From an uncultured Hormoscilla sp. (GTDB lineage: Bacteria; Cyanobacteriota; Cyanobacteriia; Cyanobacteriales; Desertifilaceae), in NCBI GenBank assembly GCA_963921275.4, contig OZ001293.3, forward strand, positions 1,408,001-1,472,000: a stretch of DNA of 64,000 bases, written 5' to 3'. Below the pieces are notes generated by a model, which was not told where the DNA came from, made no database searches, and saw only the letters and a list, made by a program, of their open reading frames with translations. Positions 20,599 through 32,528 of this stretch are shown piece after piece. A program made the translations under genes and the position numbers. Within the stretch, counting starts at the first letter, position 1. Each line of letters begins with the position of its first letter.

Positions 20599-22297
20599 GT
20601 GCGATGAGTTCTAGCCTAACGTGTAAACACGGAACGCTAGCCTAGGAAACTAGGAACTCTGGTATTCATGGGGGTTAAATTCCCGTGCGATGAGTTCCAG
20701 CCTAACGTAGTCATATACGGAACGCTGGCCTAGGAAACTAGGAACTCTGGTAATCATGGGGGTTTAATTCCCCCTCCCCAGGTACAGGGGTAACCGCGTG
20801 AGGTGCTGCGAAGTAACATCATCGTGGTGCCAAGCGAGGACTCAAATGTAGGATAACTGGCAGCCCAAGCCGGTGACTCTGCTAGGAAAGATGTCCATGG
20901 CTAGAACAAGCGAACCTATGTAAACCTCGTTAAACCCAACCAGCGAAATAAGGCTTAATGCGCTGGAACAAAAGTTAATGCAGTTAGTGTTAATTAGGGA
21001 ATTGGCTAACATTGTACCCAAATAACTGCCGGGGAAAAGTAGGGGCCTAAAGGCATCGTGAAATGATACCAGGGAACGAAGTAACCTCAGCGAGGCTGTC
21101 CATTGGACAAGTTAGATGTAAAGCGCAAGCCCGCCGGGGAGGGATGTCCTAAGAAGCCAATGCCCAGGGTAATGCCTGTGGATATGCAGACGTAGGACGG
21201 ATATGGTAAGAAGCCTTGGGGAAAAGTAGCCGATCATGTCATAAACTCAAGGAGCAATCCTGAAGGATGAATGATGGACTAAAATCCTAGCCGGGTAAAA
21301 TTCAGTACCCCGAGTAAAAGTTAATGGGGAACATGTTAGCAAAGAGCGGCTAGTGTGGTTGGCTGGTTATCTCCCGCGAACCTTCCGGCGCTCGGTACTA
21401 TAACGGTCTGTTGACTGACCATAAGGGGCAAAATTTCATGGGGCAAGGGACAACGGGGGTAACCCCTAGTAATTCTGCTAATGACAAGAGCTTACCAACC
21501 AGTAGCCGTGTGCGATGAAAGTCGCTCTTCAGGTTCCGAAAGGGAGGGTTGGGAAGTGATTCCCAGCTCGACCCCGACCTCTCCCCAGGTACGGGGGGTC
21601 GAGGGTACTACCGGTCCTCACTGCTGCGGAATAACATCACCGTGGTGGCGAGCGAGGACTTAAATGTAGGATAGCTGGTAGCCTAAACTGGTGACTCCGC
21701 GCTTGTTAGACGCTCATGGTTAGAACAGGCAAATCTATGCAAGCCTCGTAAACATAAACCGGCGAAATAAGGCTATATGCGCCGGACCAAAATGGTGACG
21801 TAGTTAGTACTAACGGTAGCGATTCGTCTTTTTCGTACTCAGATAACTACCGGGGTATAGTAGGAACCTAAAAGCGTCGCCCTCCGGATACTAGGGAACG
21901 AAGTAACCTCTCGTGAGCTGTCCAATAGGACCAGTCAGATGTGAAGCGCAAGCCACGGGTGGGAAAGATGGCCTCAGAAGCTAATGCCCAGGGTAATGTC
22001 TGTGGATAGGCTGACGTCGGTCGGTGATAGTAGGAAGTCTCGGGCAAAAGTAGCTCTAAGTATGTTATAAGCCCGTCGCTGATGTGATAGCGAAAACTAG
22101 TCGGTGATTGAGGAATAAATTACTGGTAAAACACCAACCAGTAAAGGAGTCAAATCGCGTGAGACAAGGGACAACGGGAGTAATCCAAAAGTTACCGGCC
22201 ATTGACAACGGGCCTACTACCCAGTAGCCGGATGCGGTAAAGAGAGTCCGGTTCCGAACGGGAGGGTACCGAAGCGATTCCTAGGGAGACCCCTAAT
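20599..22297 (+). mobile_element. ORF-less group IIB intron I2a, outer member of a twintron (804 nt without the inner intron)
   Basis: 5' GTGCGATGAG; end GACCCCTAAT; removal gives in-frame GCT|AAA GTG; D5 degenerate (GCGGTAAAGAGAGTCCGG). Confidence 0.92.
20685..21579 (+). mobile_element. ORF-less group IIB intron I2b (895 nt), nested in domain I of I2a
   Basis: second GTGCGATGAG 86 nt into I2a; D5/D6 ending CTCGACCCCGACC; removal restores the family motif AATTCCC|TCTCCCCAGG. Confidence 0.93.
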
Positions 22298-22448
22298 AAA
22301 GTGAAGGTGTTTTTGGCTTCAAGAGAGGATCCGACATTACTGCTGGGACAAGCGGCTCAGCGTAAATACTGGAATTGGGATCGCCCAGCCCTCTCTCCAG
22401 TAAAATAATTTATACAAGCACTATAGATGAAAATCGAGTTAAAGTATC

Positions 22449-22545
22449 GTGGATGGCATTCATATGACAGGTATTAGCTGTTATGGTTACACAGGTCTAT
22501 TGCCGGAAGAACGGATGCTGGGATAATGGTTTGAGGTAGACTCTA
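22449..22545 (+). pseudogene. degenerate 5' duplicate of folB
   Basis: near-copy of the first ~95 nt of the adjacent folB with an in-frame TAA. Confidence 0.7.
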
Positions 22546-22579
22546 CCACATTAGAGATTAAGTCTGGAGTCAAAAGCTG

Positions 22580-22969
22580 ATGGATTGTATTCACGTGACA
22601 GGCATTCGCTGCTATGGTTACACCGGTCTATTCCCAGAAGAGCAGGTCCTGGGACAATGGTTTGAAGTAGACTTGACCTTATGGTTGGATTTGTCTCCAG
22701 CTGGTGAAAGTGACGCGATCGCAGATACGATAGATTACGGCAAAGCAGTGGAGACGGTAAAGCAGTTGGTGAAGACATCCAAATTTGCTTTGATAGAACG
22801 GTTGGCAAAGGCGATCGCAGATGCTATCATAGAAATGGAGGCACATCCGGACCAGCAGATCCGTCTAGAGCAAGTAAAAGTCCGCTTAACTAAAGTATCG
22901 CCCCCGATACCGGACTTTGGCGGTCACGTCAGTATTGAACTGACAAGGGTAAATCCGAAATTGTCCTAA
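22580..22969 (+). CDS. folB: dihydroneopterin aldolase
   Basis: YGYTGLFPEEQVLGQWFEVD, DTIDY, LIERLA. Confidence 0.93.
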   Translation: MDCIHVTGIRCYGYTGLFPEEQVLGQWFEVDLTLWLDLSPAGESDAIADTIDYGKAVETVKQLVKTSKFALIERLAKAIADAIIEMEAHPDQQIRLEQVKVRLTKVSPPIPDFGGHVSIELTRVNPKLS

Positions 22970-23184
22970 AGTACCCAAGGCTTTGCTACAAGGGGGATTG
23001 AACCTCCTCCGGTCTGCACGATGGTGAGAAAAGCCGCAAGTGGTAGTACGGTTGCACCCACTTGACTGGAAAGGTTTAGTTGTTAGATTAAGTGTACATG
23101 GTTAACCACCTAAAAGGTGCAACTGCAACTACAATAGACCAAGGGCGGCTTCAACCAGAACGGTAGGAGACCGCTGCCGCAAAA

Positions 23185-23559
23185 ATGTATGGAGTTACTA
23201 AGATGAACAACCAAGGAGATCGCAACCCAGAATTCTTTGAAAGCGAGGCTGAGTCCAACAATAACAACAATAACATACTATGGCAGTATGTCCAGTCTCT
23301 CAGTCCAGAAACGGTGGCGCAGCTGTCAAAACCGACATCTCAAGAAGTTTTTCAGGTGATGGAGCACAATATTGTTGGCTTGCTAGGTCACTTGCCTTCA
23401 GAACACTTCGGTGTAACGGTGACTACAAATCGTGAAAACCTAGGTAGATTATTAGCTTCGGCGATGATGAGTGGGTACTTTATACGTAATGCAGAGCAGC
23501 GCCTGACTTTTGAAAAGTCTTTGCAAATGGCCCCGACTAATACTCCTGAAAATGAATAG
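23185..23559 (+). CDS. DUF760 domain protein
   Basis: LWQYVQSLSPE, NIVGLLG, ENLGRLLASAMMSGYFIRNAEQR. Confidence 0.85.
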   Translation: MYGVTKMNNQGDRNPEFFESEAESNNNNNNILWQYVQSLSPETVAQLSKPTSQEVFQVMEHNIVGLLGHLPSEHFGVTVTTNRENLGRLLASAMMSGYFIRNAEQRLTFEKSLQMAPTNTPENE

Positions 23560-23898
23560 GTAGCCAGTTGTCAAACTCGCCGAGGTAGAGTCTCGGCAGA
23601 CTAAACTAAAGTCTGCCGACTTTATCATTTGTAAGTTGTTAGTGTTCAGTTGTAAGTTGTGATATCAAGTCTGGATGATTAACCATAATAAAAAAGATAT
23701 CTTGGCCTTGGTTGAGTAGAGCTAAGTGCGAAACCCAAGTTTGAAGTGCGCATAGCGCTACAGGGATTACGAAGGTTGGGTTTCGTGCCTCTAACCAACC
23801 TACGGGTGATGAAATTTTATGGATGGGTATTAATCGGACAATGATATTAGTGGTCAGTTGTAAGTTGTCAATTTTGAATTGTAAATTGTGAATTGTGA

Positions 23899-24348
23899 AT
23901 GGGTGACACTTCTTCTTCTCTGCCTCATAAGTCGATCGGGGTTGCTGCGATCTGGAACGCTGATGAACAAATTCTGATCGATCGGCGACGTCAGTCAGGG
24001 TCGCTGGGAGGTCTTTGGGAGTTCCCAGGTGGTAAACTGGATGCGGGTGAAACATTCCCAGAATGCATTAAACGAGAAATATTAGAAGAGTTGGCAATCG
24101 AAATTGAAGTGGGCGATCGCCTAATTACCATCGACCACAGTTACAGGGACTTCCACGTCACCCTAAATGTATATCACTGTCGTCACATTAGCGGGGTTCC
24201 TCAGACAATCGAATGCGATGAGGTTCGCTGGATAACCTTAGATGAAATTGACCAGTTTACTTTTCCGGAGGCCAATTTGCAGATTATTGATGCCCTACGG
24301 GAATATGTTAGGAAGAGAGAGAATGGAGAATTGAGAATGGAGAATTGA
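23899..24348 (+). CDS. mutT: 8-oxo-dGTP diphosphatase (Nudix)
   Basis: WEFPGGKLDAGETFPECIKREILEEL Nudix box; FPEAN. Confidence 0.88.
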   Translation: MGDTSSSLPHKSIGVAAIWNADEQILIDRRRQSGSLGGLWEFPGGKLDAGETFPECIKREILEELAIEIEVGDRLITIDHSYRDFHVTLNVYHCRHISGVPQTIECDEVRWITLDEIDQFTFPEANLQIIDALREYVRKRENGELRMEN

Positions 24349-24441
24349 GAATTGAGCAATTAAAAATTATGATATAATACTTCGTAAGTTTCGACAGATT
24401 TTTTCTTGCCTTTAACTGTGACGGTGCCAAGCTTGTTAAAT

Positions 24442-25674
24442 TTAAATATATCTTTGGTGACATGGTAAACGGACTGGGAACAGAGAAGCAGTATAGTCCA
24501 AGTGCTGGGACGAACCAATATTATCAACAACTATTTCGCCAGCACTAATGCCAATCCCTGTGGCAAAATTATCCCTAATCCAAGGGACTGCGATTGTGGC
24601 AATTCGTCGCTGCATGTCAATGGCCGCCGCGATCGCCCTTTTTTCTTGTTCTACAAGTGGGTAGGGAGCGCCAAACATAGCTACAATCATATCGCCGACG
24701 AATTTATTCACCGTGCCTTGGTGACTGAAAATCACTGATACCATCTGGGTAAAATATTCATTCAAGTACATCACTATCTTTTCAGGGGCTAATTCTTCTG
24801 GTAGGGTTGAGAGAAATTGCTCCTTTTTCGGAGATCGCTGCTTGCACGACTTGGGGAGACAGATATCTTTCTAGATTACTCTTAATCCGTTCTTCCCGTA
24901 ATTTATTTTCATGCAACAGCGCGTTCTCTATCGCTGCTGCTGCTTGTGATCTCAGTGCCGTGAATAGTTTCAAATCCTGATACTCAACGGGGTTGGTACT
25001 GCTAATATTAATTACACCAATCATTCCTGACTGGATTGTTAAAGGCGCACAGATCGGTGAATGAATCATATTTTCTCCCTGCTGGATATATCGGGGGTCC
25101 GACTGCACATCATTCACTATTTCTGCTTTGCCCTCCTGCAATACGTGACCGGCTATCCTTTCACCTGATCGCATCAATATTTTCTGCCTGTATTCTTTCC
25201 CCCAGGCCGCAATTATCTCAAGTGTTTTTATTTCCTCATTCAGCAAGATTACTGAAGCACTTGTTGCCTTGATCGGTTTTATGACTTCATCAAGCACTAT
25301 TTTGTTACTTCCTTAACTCCCAGACAGCTAGCTATTTTGCCCGAAATGTCGTACAAACAATTTATTTCTTCATACTTTTCTAACGCATCTGTTGCCAGAA
25401 TCTTTTTTTCATACTCTTTGCTAGCAATGTAACCGAGCATCTCAGCTACAGAAGCTGCTTGAGTACCTCCCACTACCCAGCCAATTACTTCCGAAGCTGC
25501 CTTTACAGCATATCTATTTGAGTGGAAATGACTGCGATCTCCTATAAGGATAGCGCCCTCGGCATCCTGAATAGCAATATTTCCATCTAAAGCAGCGATC
25601 GTGCCCTTAACAACTGAAGCCAGACCCTGCTTGGTCATCAGCTTCTTGAAATTGATGGAAACCATGATGCCCAC
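24442..25674 (-). pseudogene. GAF plus class III adenylate/guanylate cyclase, fragmented
   Basis: three consecutive ORFs in different frames; NLERYLSPQV, KFVGD, FGAP, GIGISAG; C-terminus truncated. Confidence 0.85.
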
Positions 25675-25815
25675 CTCTACTAACTACATGGTATCATAGC
25701 ATTTATACTACATATCCGCCGCTCCCGCAGAGATTAACATATTTGCTATTATCAGCTCTTCTCATATCCGGGATTATTCGTCTAGTCACAACTGACCGCT
25801 AACAACCGCTGACAA

Positions 25816-26610
25816 CTAACCACTAACAGCGATCTCAACCGTTCGCTCTGCCACTTTCATCTCCAGAGTATGAGAATAGTCTTTGAGTTGTTCGTACAGC
25901 AGCGCATTTTTGATCGCCGCCGCTGCTGGTGTTGTTAGCGCCGCGAACATTTTCAAATCCTCTGCTGTATAATTTACAGGGTAGGTGTTGCTGATTTTAA
26001 TTACGCCAATGGTTTCGTTCCCGATTGTCGTACAAATCAGCGAACTGATCTCGTTTTCTCCCTCCTGGATATATCTGGAATCTGACAGGTGGCCAGCTAT
26101 TCCCTCACCCGGTCGAATTACTATTTTCTGGTTGGACTCTGCACCCCGTGCCGCGATCGCCTCCATGGCTCCTGTTTTCTCATTCAGCAACATTACAAAA
26201 ACTTGGGTGGCATTAATCAGTTTCTTCGTTTCCGAAATTACCAATTCCGTCACTGACTGAATTCCCTTACAACTAGCTATTAACCTTGCAAATTCGTACA
26301 AAAAGTTAATCTCTTCGTACTTACTTAAGGTCTCCTGAGCCAAAGTCTTTTTCTCTAGCTCGGTTTTGGCTATATAACTGAGCATCTCGGCCAGAAAAAC
26401 TGCCCGAGCAGATCCTGTTACCCAGCCAATTACTTCCGATGCTGCGGAGATCGGATACTTTGGTGAGACCAACTGACTGTCCGTACCTAACAGAATCATA
26501 CCCTTGGCATCCCGAATAGTGATATTCTCATCTAAAGCAGAGATCGCACCGGAGACCACTGACGTTACATCCTTCTTGGAAATCAGCTTCTTGAGATTTA
26601 TTTTAACCAT
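25816..26610 (-). pseudogene. GAF sensor, N-terminal paralogue of the downstream gene, probably truncated
   Basis: same N-terminus pattern (VKINLKKL...VIGWV); ends just after LEMKVAERT linker with no output domain. Confidence 0.65.
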
Positions 26611-26631
26611 ATACTTGTTTATCTATTAATC

Positions 26632-28449
26632 ATTAGGGGTCGAGCTGGAAATCGCTTTCCAACCCTCCCGTTCGGAACCGTGCATGCGACTTTCACCGCA
26701 CACGGCTACTGGGTATCAGGCCCAAATCATGGGTAGATAACTTTTGGATTACTCCCGTTGTCCCTTACTACTTGTATGTTTGCCCCTTTCCTGGTTAGTT
26801 ACCAGTGATTCATTCCTCGATCCGATGGCTCGCTTGCGCTATTGTTGCGAACGGGCTTATGACGTTTTAAGGCTACTTATACCAGTAGTTTCCTGATATC
26901 ACCGACCGACGTCAGCATATCCACAGGCATTACCCTGGGCATTAGCTTCTTAGGCCATCTCTCCCACTCGTGGCATACGCTTCACATCTGACTGGTCCTA
27001 TTGGACAGCTCACGAGGGGTTACTTCGTTCCCTGATATCATTTCACGAGGCTTTTAGGTCTCTCCTGTATACCGGCAGTCCTGAGCGGGTACGATATTAA
27101 TGAGTAAATAACATTAACTCAAGTTGCGACCTATAAAAATTGGATACAAAAAGCTATGATAAAGAGAATTATTTTCAACTCTAATCCCTTAGATGTAACA
27201 GCATGAATTGACTTGGGAAACAAATTGGTGATTCGACTAAAACAGGTTTCAACTTGTTTTCTTGTTACTTTTTGTATATATTCAAAACAAGAATATTCTT
27301 TTCTTTTTGAGTTCTTTTTTCGCAAAGGTTTTAACATTATACTTGACGACTCTTTTAGTAAATCCTCTAATTGATAATCATTATAAGCTTTATCTCCATA
27401 AACTATTGAATTTGATGGTAAGTCAAAGCCAAAAGATTGCAAAACTTTAACATCATTATAACTACCAGGATCTAGATAAAATTCTATTGGCTTTCCATTT
27501 TTGTTTACCAACATATGAACTCTTAATCCATAAAAATAACGTTTTTTACTGGCAATATACCCTCGATATTCTTCCTTGTTATAAATTTGGCATCTATCAA
27601 TCCTAATATTATCACATACTGGCACCGGGAAACTATCAAGAATATATTCTTGACCCGGATTGAGCTCTTTAAATGTTTGAGCTATAACTTGGAAGAAAAA
27701 CATCTAAATTGGTTCGTCAATATTGTGTAATCGACGATTGAACCTACTTTTACTTAACAGATTTTTTATATACTTGTGTTGGACCATAAATTGACAAGAG
27801 CGATCGTGGTGTCCTCCGAAAAAATATGCAGCAACTAATCCGACTGTCATCACTTCGGCATTGTTCATTTTTACTTGTGGATCTTCTTTTATATTTAACG
27901 CTTTTAGTAGCTCGTCACAAAGAACAAAAATTGTTGTAATCATATCTTCCATCATCTACATCCCCCAGCAATTAACTATTATTTTAGTACATTATAACCT
28001 ATAAACAGCCAACCCGCCGTCTAGCACAAAAAAAATATAATTTTGTATCAAAAGCTACGAAATATCCCAAATATCTGTAAAGTCTAAGTGGGTAATTCAT
28101 ATTTTTTTTAATAGGTCGCAACTTAGGTTAACATTAATACGCGAACTGCTTTCCCTTTTGGGCCAGCGTAATCAGCATTTTCGCTGGATGGTGTTGACGA
28201 TACTTACAGAGATTTGCTTGTTCTAACCATGAGCCTCTTTCCTAGCGGAGTCGCTGGCCTAGGCTGCCAGCTATCCTACATTTAAGTCCTCGCTCAGCAC
28301 CACGGCGATGTGCTCCGCAGCACCTCCGACCGGTGTCACCCCCGCACCTGGGGGAAGGGAATTTAACCCCTATGATGATCAGAGTTATCTGGCAAATGAA
28401 ACCAGACCAGACTTTCGCCATTGCTGGCTTACGCCCGAACGAATCGCAC
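26632..28449 (-). mobile_element. ORF-less group IIB intron I3 (798 nt without the IS), intergenic, interrupted by IS982
   Basis: minus-strand GTGCGATTCG start at 28449, canonical D5, end CTCGACCCCTAAT at 26632. Confidence 0.92.
27117..28128 (-). mobile_element. IS982 family element, transposase with one in-frame stop
   Basis: 18-bp IRs ACTCAAGTTGCGACCTAT / ACCTAAGTTGCGACCTAT; 8-bp TSD TAACATTA; DSFPVPVC, YFYG, GDKAY, RKQVET; ORFs 27704-27955 and 27131-27703 in the same frame. Confidence 0.92.
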
Positions 28450-28532
28450 AAATACTCTACACCCCCTTGGGCGCAATTACACCAGCTGCAACGTCAGCTG
28501 TAAGTTGTTATTTGCTTTGTCCGTATAGCCTG

Positions 28533-31249
28533 TCAGCACCATCGGTTATAGCAGCTCAAAACTCTCTGGAGTTCCGCTGATCGCTCCTGGGCCTGAACGA
28601 GTAATTTTCCTTGTTGTAGGGCTACTCCCAGCTGCAGGGCAATTTTGCTAGCAAACTCAATTTCTCTGGACTGCCATTGGCGCGGTGCCGAACATTGGTG
28701 AATGCACAGCAGGCACCAAAGCTCATTCCCTTTTAATAAAGGTATAACTAGGTTGGCTCTGTGCGATTCGTTCCGGTATAAGCCAGTATGGTGAAAATCG
28801 GGTCTGGTTCCATTAGCCAGATAACTCTGGTAATCATGGGGGTTAAATTCCCCTCCCCCAGGTGCGGGGGTGACACCGGTCGGAGGTGCTGCGGAGCCAC
28901 ATCACCGTGGTGCTAAGCGAGGACTCAAATGAGGATAGCTGGCAGCCTAAGCTGGCAACTCCACTAGGAAAGAGGCTCATGGTCAGAACAAACAAATCTC
29001 CGTAAGTATCGTTACATAGAACCAGCGAAAAGGCTGATTGCGCTGGCCCAAAAGGGAAAGCAGTTCGCGTATCAATGCTGTGGCCTCATTGATATCGTAC
29101 CCGCTCAGGACTGCCGGTATAGAGGAGAGACCTAAAAGCCTCGCGAAATGATACCAGGGAACGAAGTAACCCTTCGTGTGCTGTCCTAAAGGACCAGTCA
29201 GATGTGAAGCGCAAGCCGCGAGTGGGAAAGATGGCCTAAGAAGCAAATGCCCGGAGTAACGCCTGGGATATGCAGACGTCGGTCGGTGATAGTTGGAAGT
29301 CTTGGGTAAAAGTAGCCCTAAATATGCCTACAGCTCGGGGGAAACCTGTCAGAGATGGATAAGCTCAAGGGGCCAAATCTCATGAGACGAGGGACAACGG
29401 GAGTAATCCCGAAGTTACCTACCAGTGACAAGGACCAACTACCCAGTAGCCGTGTGCGGTGAAAGTCGCATGCACGGTTCCGAACGGGAGGGTTGTCCCG
29501 CGAGGGACAGCTCGACCCCTAATCACCTGAAAACGTGCGAGGATAGCAATATGGCAATCGCTCAGCCGAGCGTCATATATGTCATTGACTGCAAAAAAAT
29601 GACCGCGCTGAGATCTTTGTGCATACTCTTCTCCAAAGCAGTGGTCCTCTACCTTTGCCGCCAGTGCCGAGTCAAACTCTGGCAGCACATCTTCTGAGAC
29701 AATGGAGCCCTCATTCCAGCCCGAGTCTGGCGCGAAGCGAAATACAGCGACTCGATCGGCGTTCAGTAGTTTACGGACTTCTGTCGCTGCGGTTTGGAAA
29801 ATGCGGTCCAGGTTTAAAGTACGGCGAATTTTCTCGATCACCTCTGCTAAAGCTCTCTCCCGCTGAGCTTCTCTGGCTAACTCTTCTGCTCGTTGTCGCA
29901 ATTGAGAATACAGAGCCGTTTCCAGTTCCTCTTTTCGCTGCTCTGTCTGGGCTAGTAATTCCGCTTGTCGGACTGCCACTCCTAGTTGAGCGCTAATTTG
30001 AACTAGTGAAGTTTACCTCGACTTTTTCCCAATGGCGGGGTCCGGAATTTTGAAAAGCTGCTAGCAGTCCCCAGAGCTTTTGACCTTGATAAATCGCCAC
30101 AATGGCATAAGCTCTCCCTTTATAACTTTCTAGGGCCTGAATGTAGCAGGTAGAAAAGCCTGCCTCGTAAATATCATCGCAGACCCGGAACACCTCACCC
30201 CGACTGAAGGAACCTCCTTCAGTCTCTTGCAAGTAGGTATCTGCTATGGGAGAGTTTGCCAAATTTTTCAGGCTACATTCGCTGATGTTCTGGCACAGTT
30301 CTGGATGTTCCAACTGCTCCTGCATGAGAGAAGTCCATCCCGAAGCTACTGACTCCACAACGAATTGGCCACTCCAGTCTGGATGAAAGCGATAGATCGC
30401 CACCCGATCGGCTTTCAGCAGTTGCCTAGCTTCTTCTACCGTTGTCTTGAAAATGATATTGATATCGAGAGACCTGCGAATTTTATCAATGATGGTGGCC
30501 ACTGCTTTTTCTCGTTCTACTGCTTGGGCCACTGCTATTGCCAGTTCCTCTGCATGTCTCCGTTGCCGCGCTAAAGCCTCCGCTTGCTGTACGGCCACAC
30601 CCAAATGACCGGCAATTTGGCCGACAAACTCAATTTCTTTCTCTTGCCATTTGCGGGGCCCCGAACATTGGTGAACCGTCAGCAACCCCCAGAGCATGGG
30701 TGCTGTCCCCACCGCCGTTCCTTTGAGCAGCGGCATCACTAGGTTGGCCCTAAATCCCAACCCTGCTAGGATTGACTTCATGCAATCTTGCATTTCTATT
30801 TCATCGAAGTCGTCAACTACCCAACACCTACCCCGCTGATAATAGATGCCGTACTCTCCTGCAAAACAGCGGTCGCGGATCTTCAGTCCCATAATTGAGT
30901 TATAAGGGGGCCGCACGTCCTCCGAGACAAATTCACCCTCCTCCCAGCTAGAGTCTGGCTCGAACCGATATATTCCTACCCGATCGGCCTCCAGCAGTTG
31001 GCGAACCTCACGGGCTGTTGATTGAAAGATTGTCTCTAGATCCAGGGACTCGCGGATTTTGGCAATTACCGCGAACAGGGCTTTTTGCTGGGCCAGTTCC
31101 AGAATTTGCGGCGATAACTCTGTCTCTAGATATATGACTCTTTTCTTTAGTTCTGATACTTCTTGCTGGAGCGACTCGTAAATGGAAGTTTCTATGGTGA
31201 GATAATTGTCAGAGAACAGATAGGACAAAGCACGCCTTAATTTTTTCAT
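28533..31249 (-). pseudogene. multi-GAF (cyanobacteriochrome-like) sensor, disrupted
   Basis: three GAF repeats (DRCF, DTYL, DHCF...DCH motifs); frameshift near 29990; antisense intron; no output domain remains. Confidence 0.85.
28761..29523 (+). mobile_element. ORF-less group IIB intron I4 (763 nt), antisense to its host gene
   Basis: GTGCGATTCG start, canonical D5, end CTCGACCCCTAAT; removal restores minus-strand ARFQV|RANLVIP with no duplication. Confidence 0.95.
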
Positions 31250-31466
31250 TTTTCTTCTTATGGTAAGTTTTTGGGTTACGCATTATCTTAATCCTAACAT
31301 ATCCGCCTCATAGATGTCAATACACCTCCGCTCTGATGCGGTCTATCTCCTCTGCCGGTGGCGAACAGGGGTCACCAATGTTACCCTCGTTACCAGAAAC
31401 GAGTAAGGTGTATTTGTAGCATAAATATGATCTGATACTATTTCTCAAGATATATTATCGTGTGAG

Positions 31467-31922
31467 ATGACGATTCCAGAGTTTGATGAGAATGGTAACC
31501 TGCCACCAGGAGTACATTGGACTGAATGGTCCGAATTTCAAGAGCGATTTGGTACTACACGGAAACGACAACGCATGATAGAAGGGCTCGCTCAAGCAAT
31601 GGAGGAATTAAAAGCCGCTGAAGGTCGAACCATCTATATCAATGGTAGCTTTGTTACTAGCGAACCTAATCCTAATGATTTTGATGCCTGTTGGGACAGA
31701 GACGATGTCGATCTAGAATACCTCAGGACTAATGCTCCCACTTTACTTAACTTGACTGACAAGCGTGCCGCACAGAAAGCTAAGTACAAAGGAGCTTTTT
31801 CCTTCCGATCAGCCAGTAGATAATTATGGTACAATATCGATAGACTTTTTCCAGCGCGACAGATTGCAAAACAAAAAGGGTATTATCGCCATAGACTTCG
31901 TGAGGTGGTCACAATGATCAAG
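31467..31922 (+). pseudogene. DUF6932-like nucleotidyltransferase-fold protein, frameshifted
   Basis: IPEFDENGNLPPG, INGSFVT, PNDFD; frame break near 31795 before the KGIIAIDL C-terminus. Confidence 0.65.
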
Positions 31923-32405
31923 AACGAGCTAGAGTACGAAGTAACCAAAGAGCACAAGCATAATTTTGAGCAAGCATTGGCAGTATTGGAACGAGATGAA
32001 GAAAAAAAGAAAAAAGAGCCGATCGTGTGGCAACTGCATCTGGATGGCGTCGAAAGTATGCTGTCAGAATTCGCGGAAGAGATCGCCGAATATGAAATGC
32101 TCACAGCTCACGATCGCAAAACTCCATTGGTGCTGAAACTAGATGACCCGAACTATCTGCCGCAGATTCTGATTAAAGCCAGCATGGGTGCTAAACTGAG
32201 TCAAAAAGAACTAGCGGATTTATCTGGACTGACAGAAGAGCAAATTTGCGAATATGAAGCTAAAGATTATCACACGGCGAGCGTTCTTGACCTGTTTGCG
32301 GTTATCGATGCCCTGGAACTGAAAATCAAAACATGTGAGTTTTTAGTGCCATTAGATACTCTCAGGAGAGAAAGCCCGCCAGGGATTTTAACCCCTGCGG
32401 GGTAA
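31905..32405 (+). CDS. XRE-family HTH protein (antitoxin-like partner)
   Basis: MIKNELEY N-terminus; LSQKELADLSGLTEEQICEYE HTH. Confidence 0.75.
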   Translation: MVTMIKNELEYEVTKEHKHNFEQALAVLERDEEKKKKEPIVWQLHLDGVESMLSEFAEEIAEYEMLTAHDRKTPLVLKLDDPNYLPQILIKASMGAKLSQKELADLSGLTEEQICEYEAKDYHTASVLDLFAVIDALELKIKTCEFLVPLDTLRRESPPGILTPAG

Positions 32406-32528
32406 CGAGACAAAAGATGCCCAGAAACCCGGCAACTTCGGCGAAACCGGGTTTCTCAACTTTCACAACTGATTTGGAATTGCTATAGTTGCGCAAACCG
32501 CGCGGTTTGCGCAACTACAAACCTAAAA

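Larger units (their letters stand above)
20161..22426 (+). pseudogene. DUF3226-like (TOPRIM-like) partner of the ATPase, interrupted by a twintron
   Basis: IVRDADD, PGTLETLCL; after intron removal DKA|KVKVFLAS...GQAAQRKYWNWD; frameshifts; ends approximate. Confidence 0.7.

Noticed and set aside
27131..27955. Possible intron-encoded protein in I3
   Set aside because: It is an IS982 DDE transposase with its own IRs and TSD, lies in domain I rather than domain IV, and has no RT motifs.
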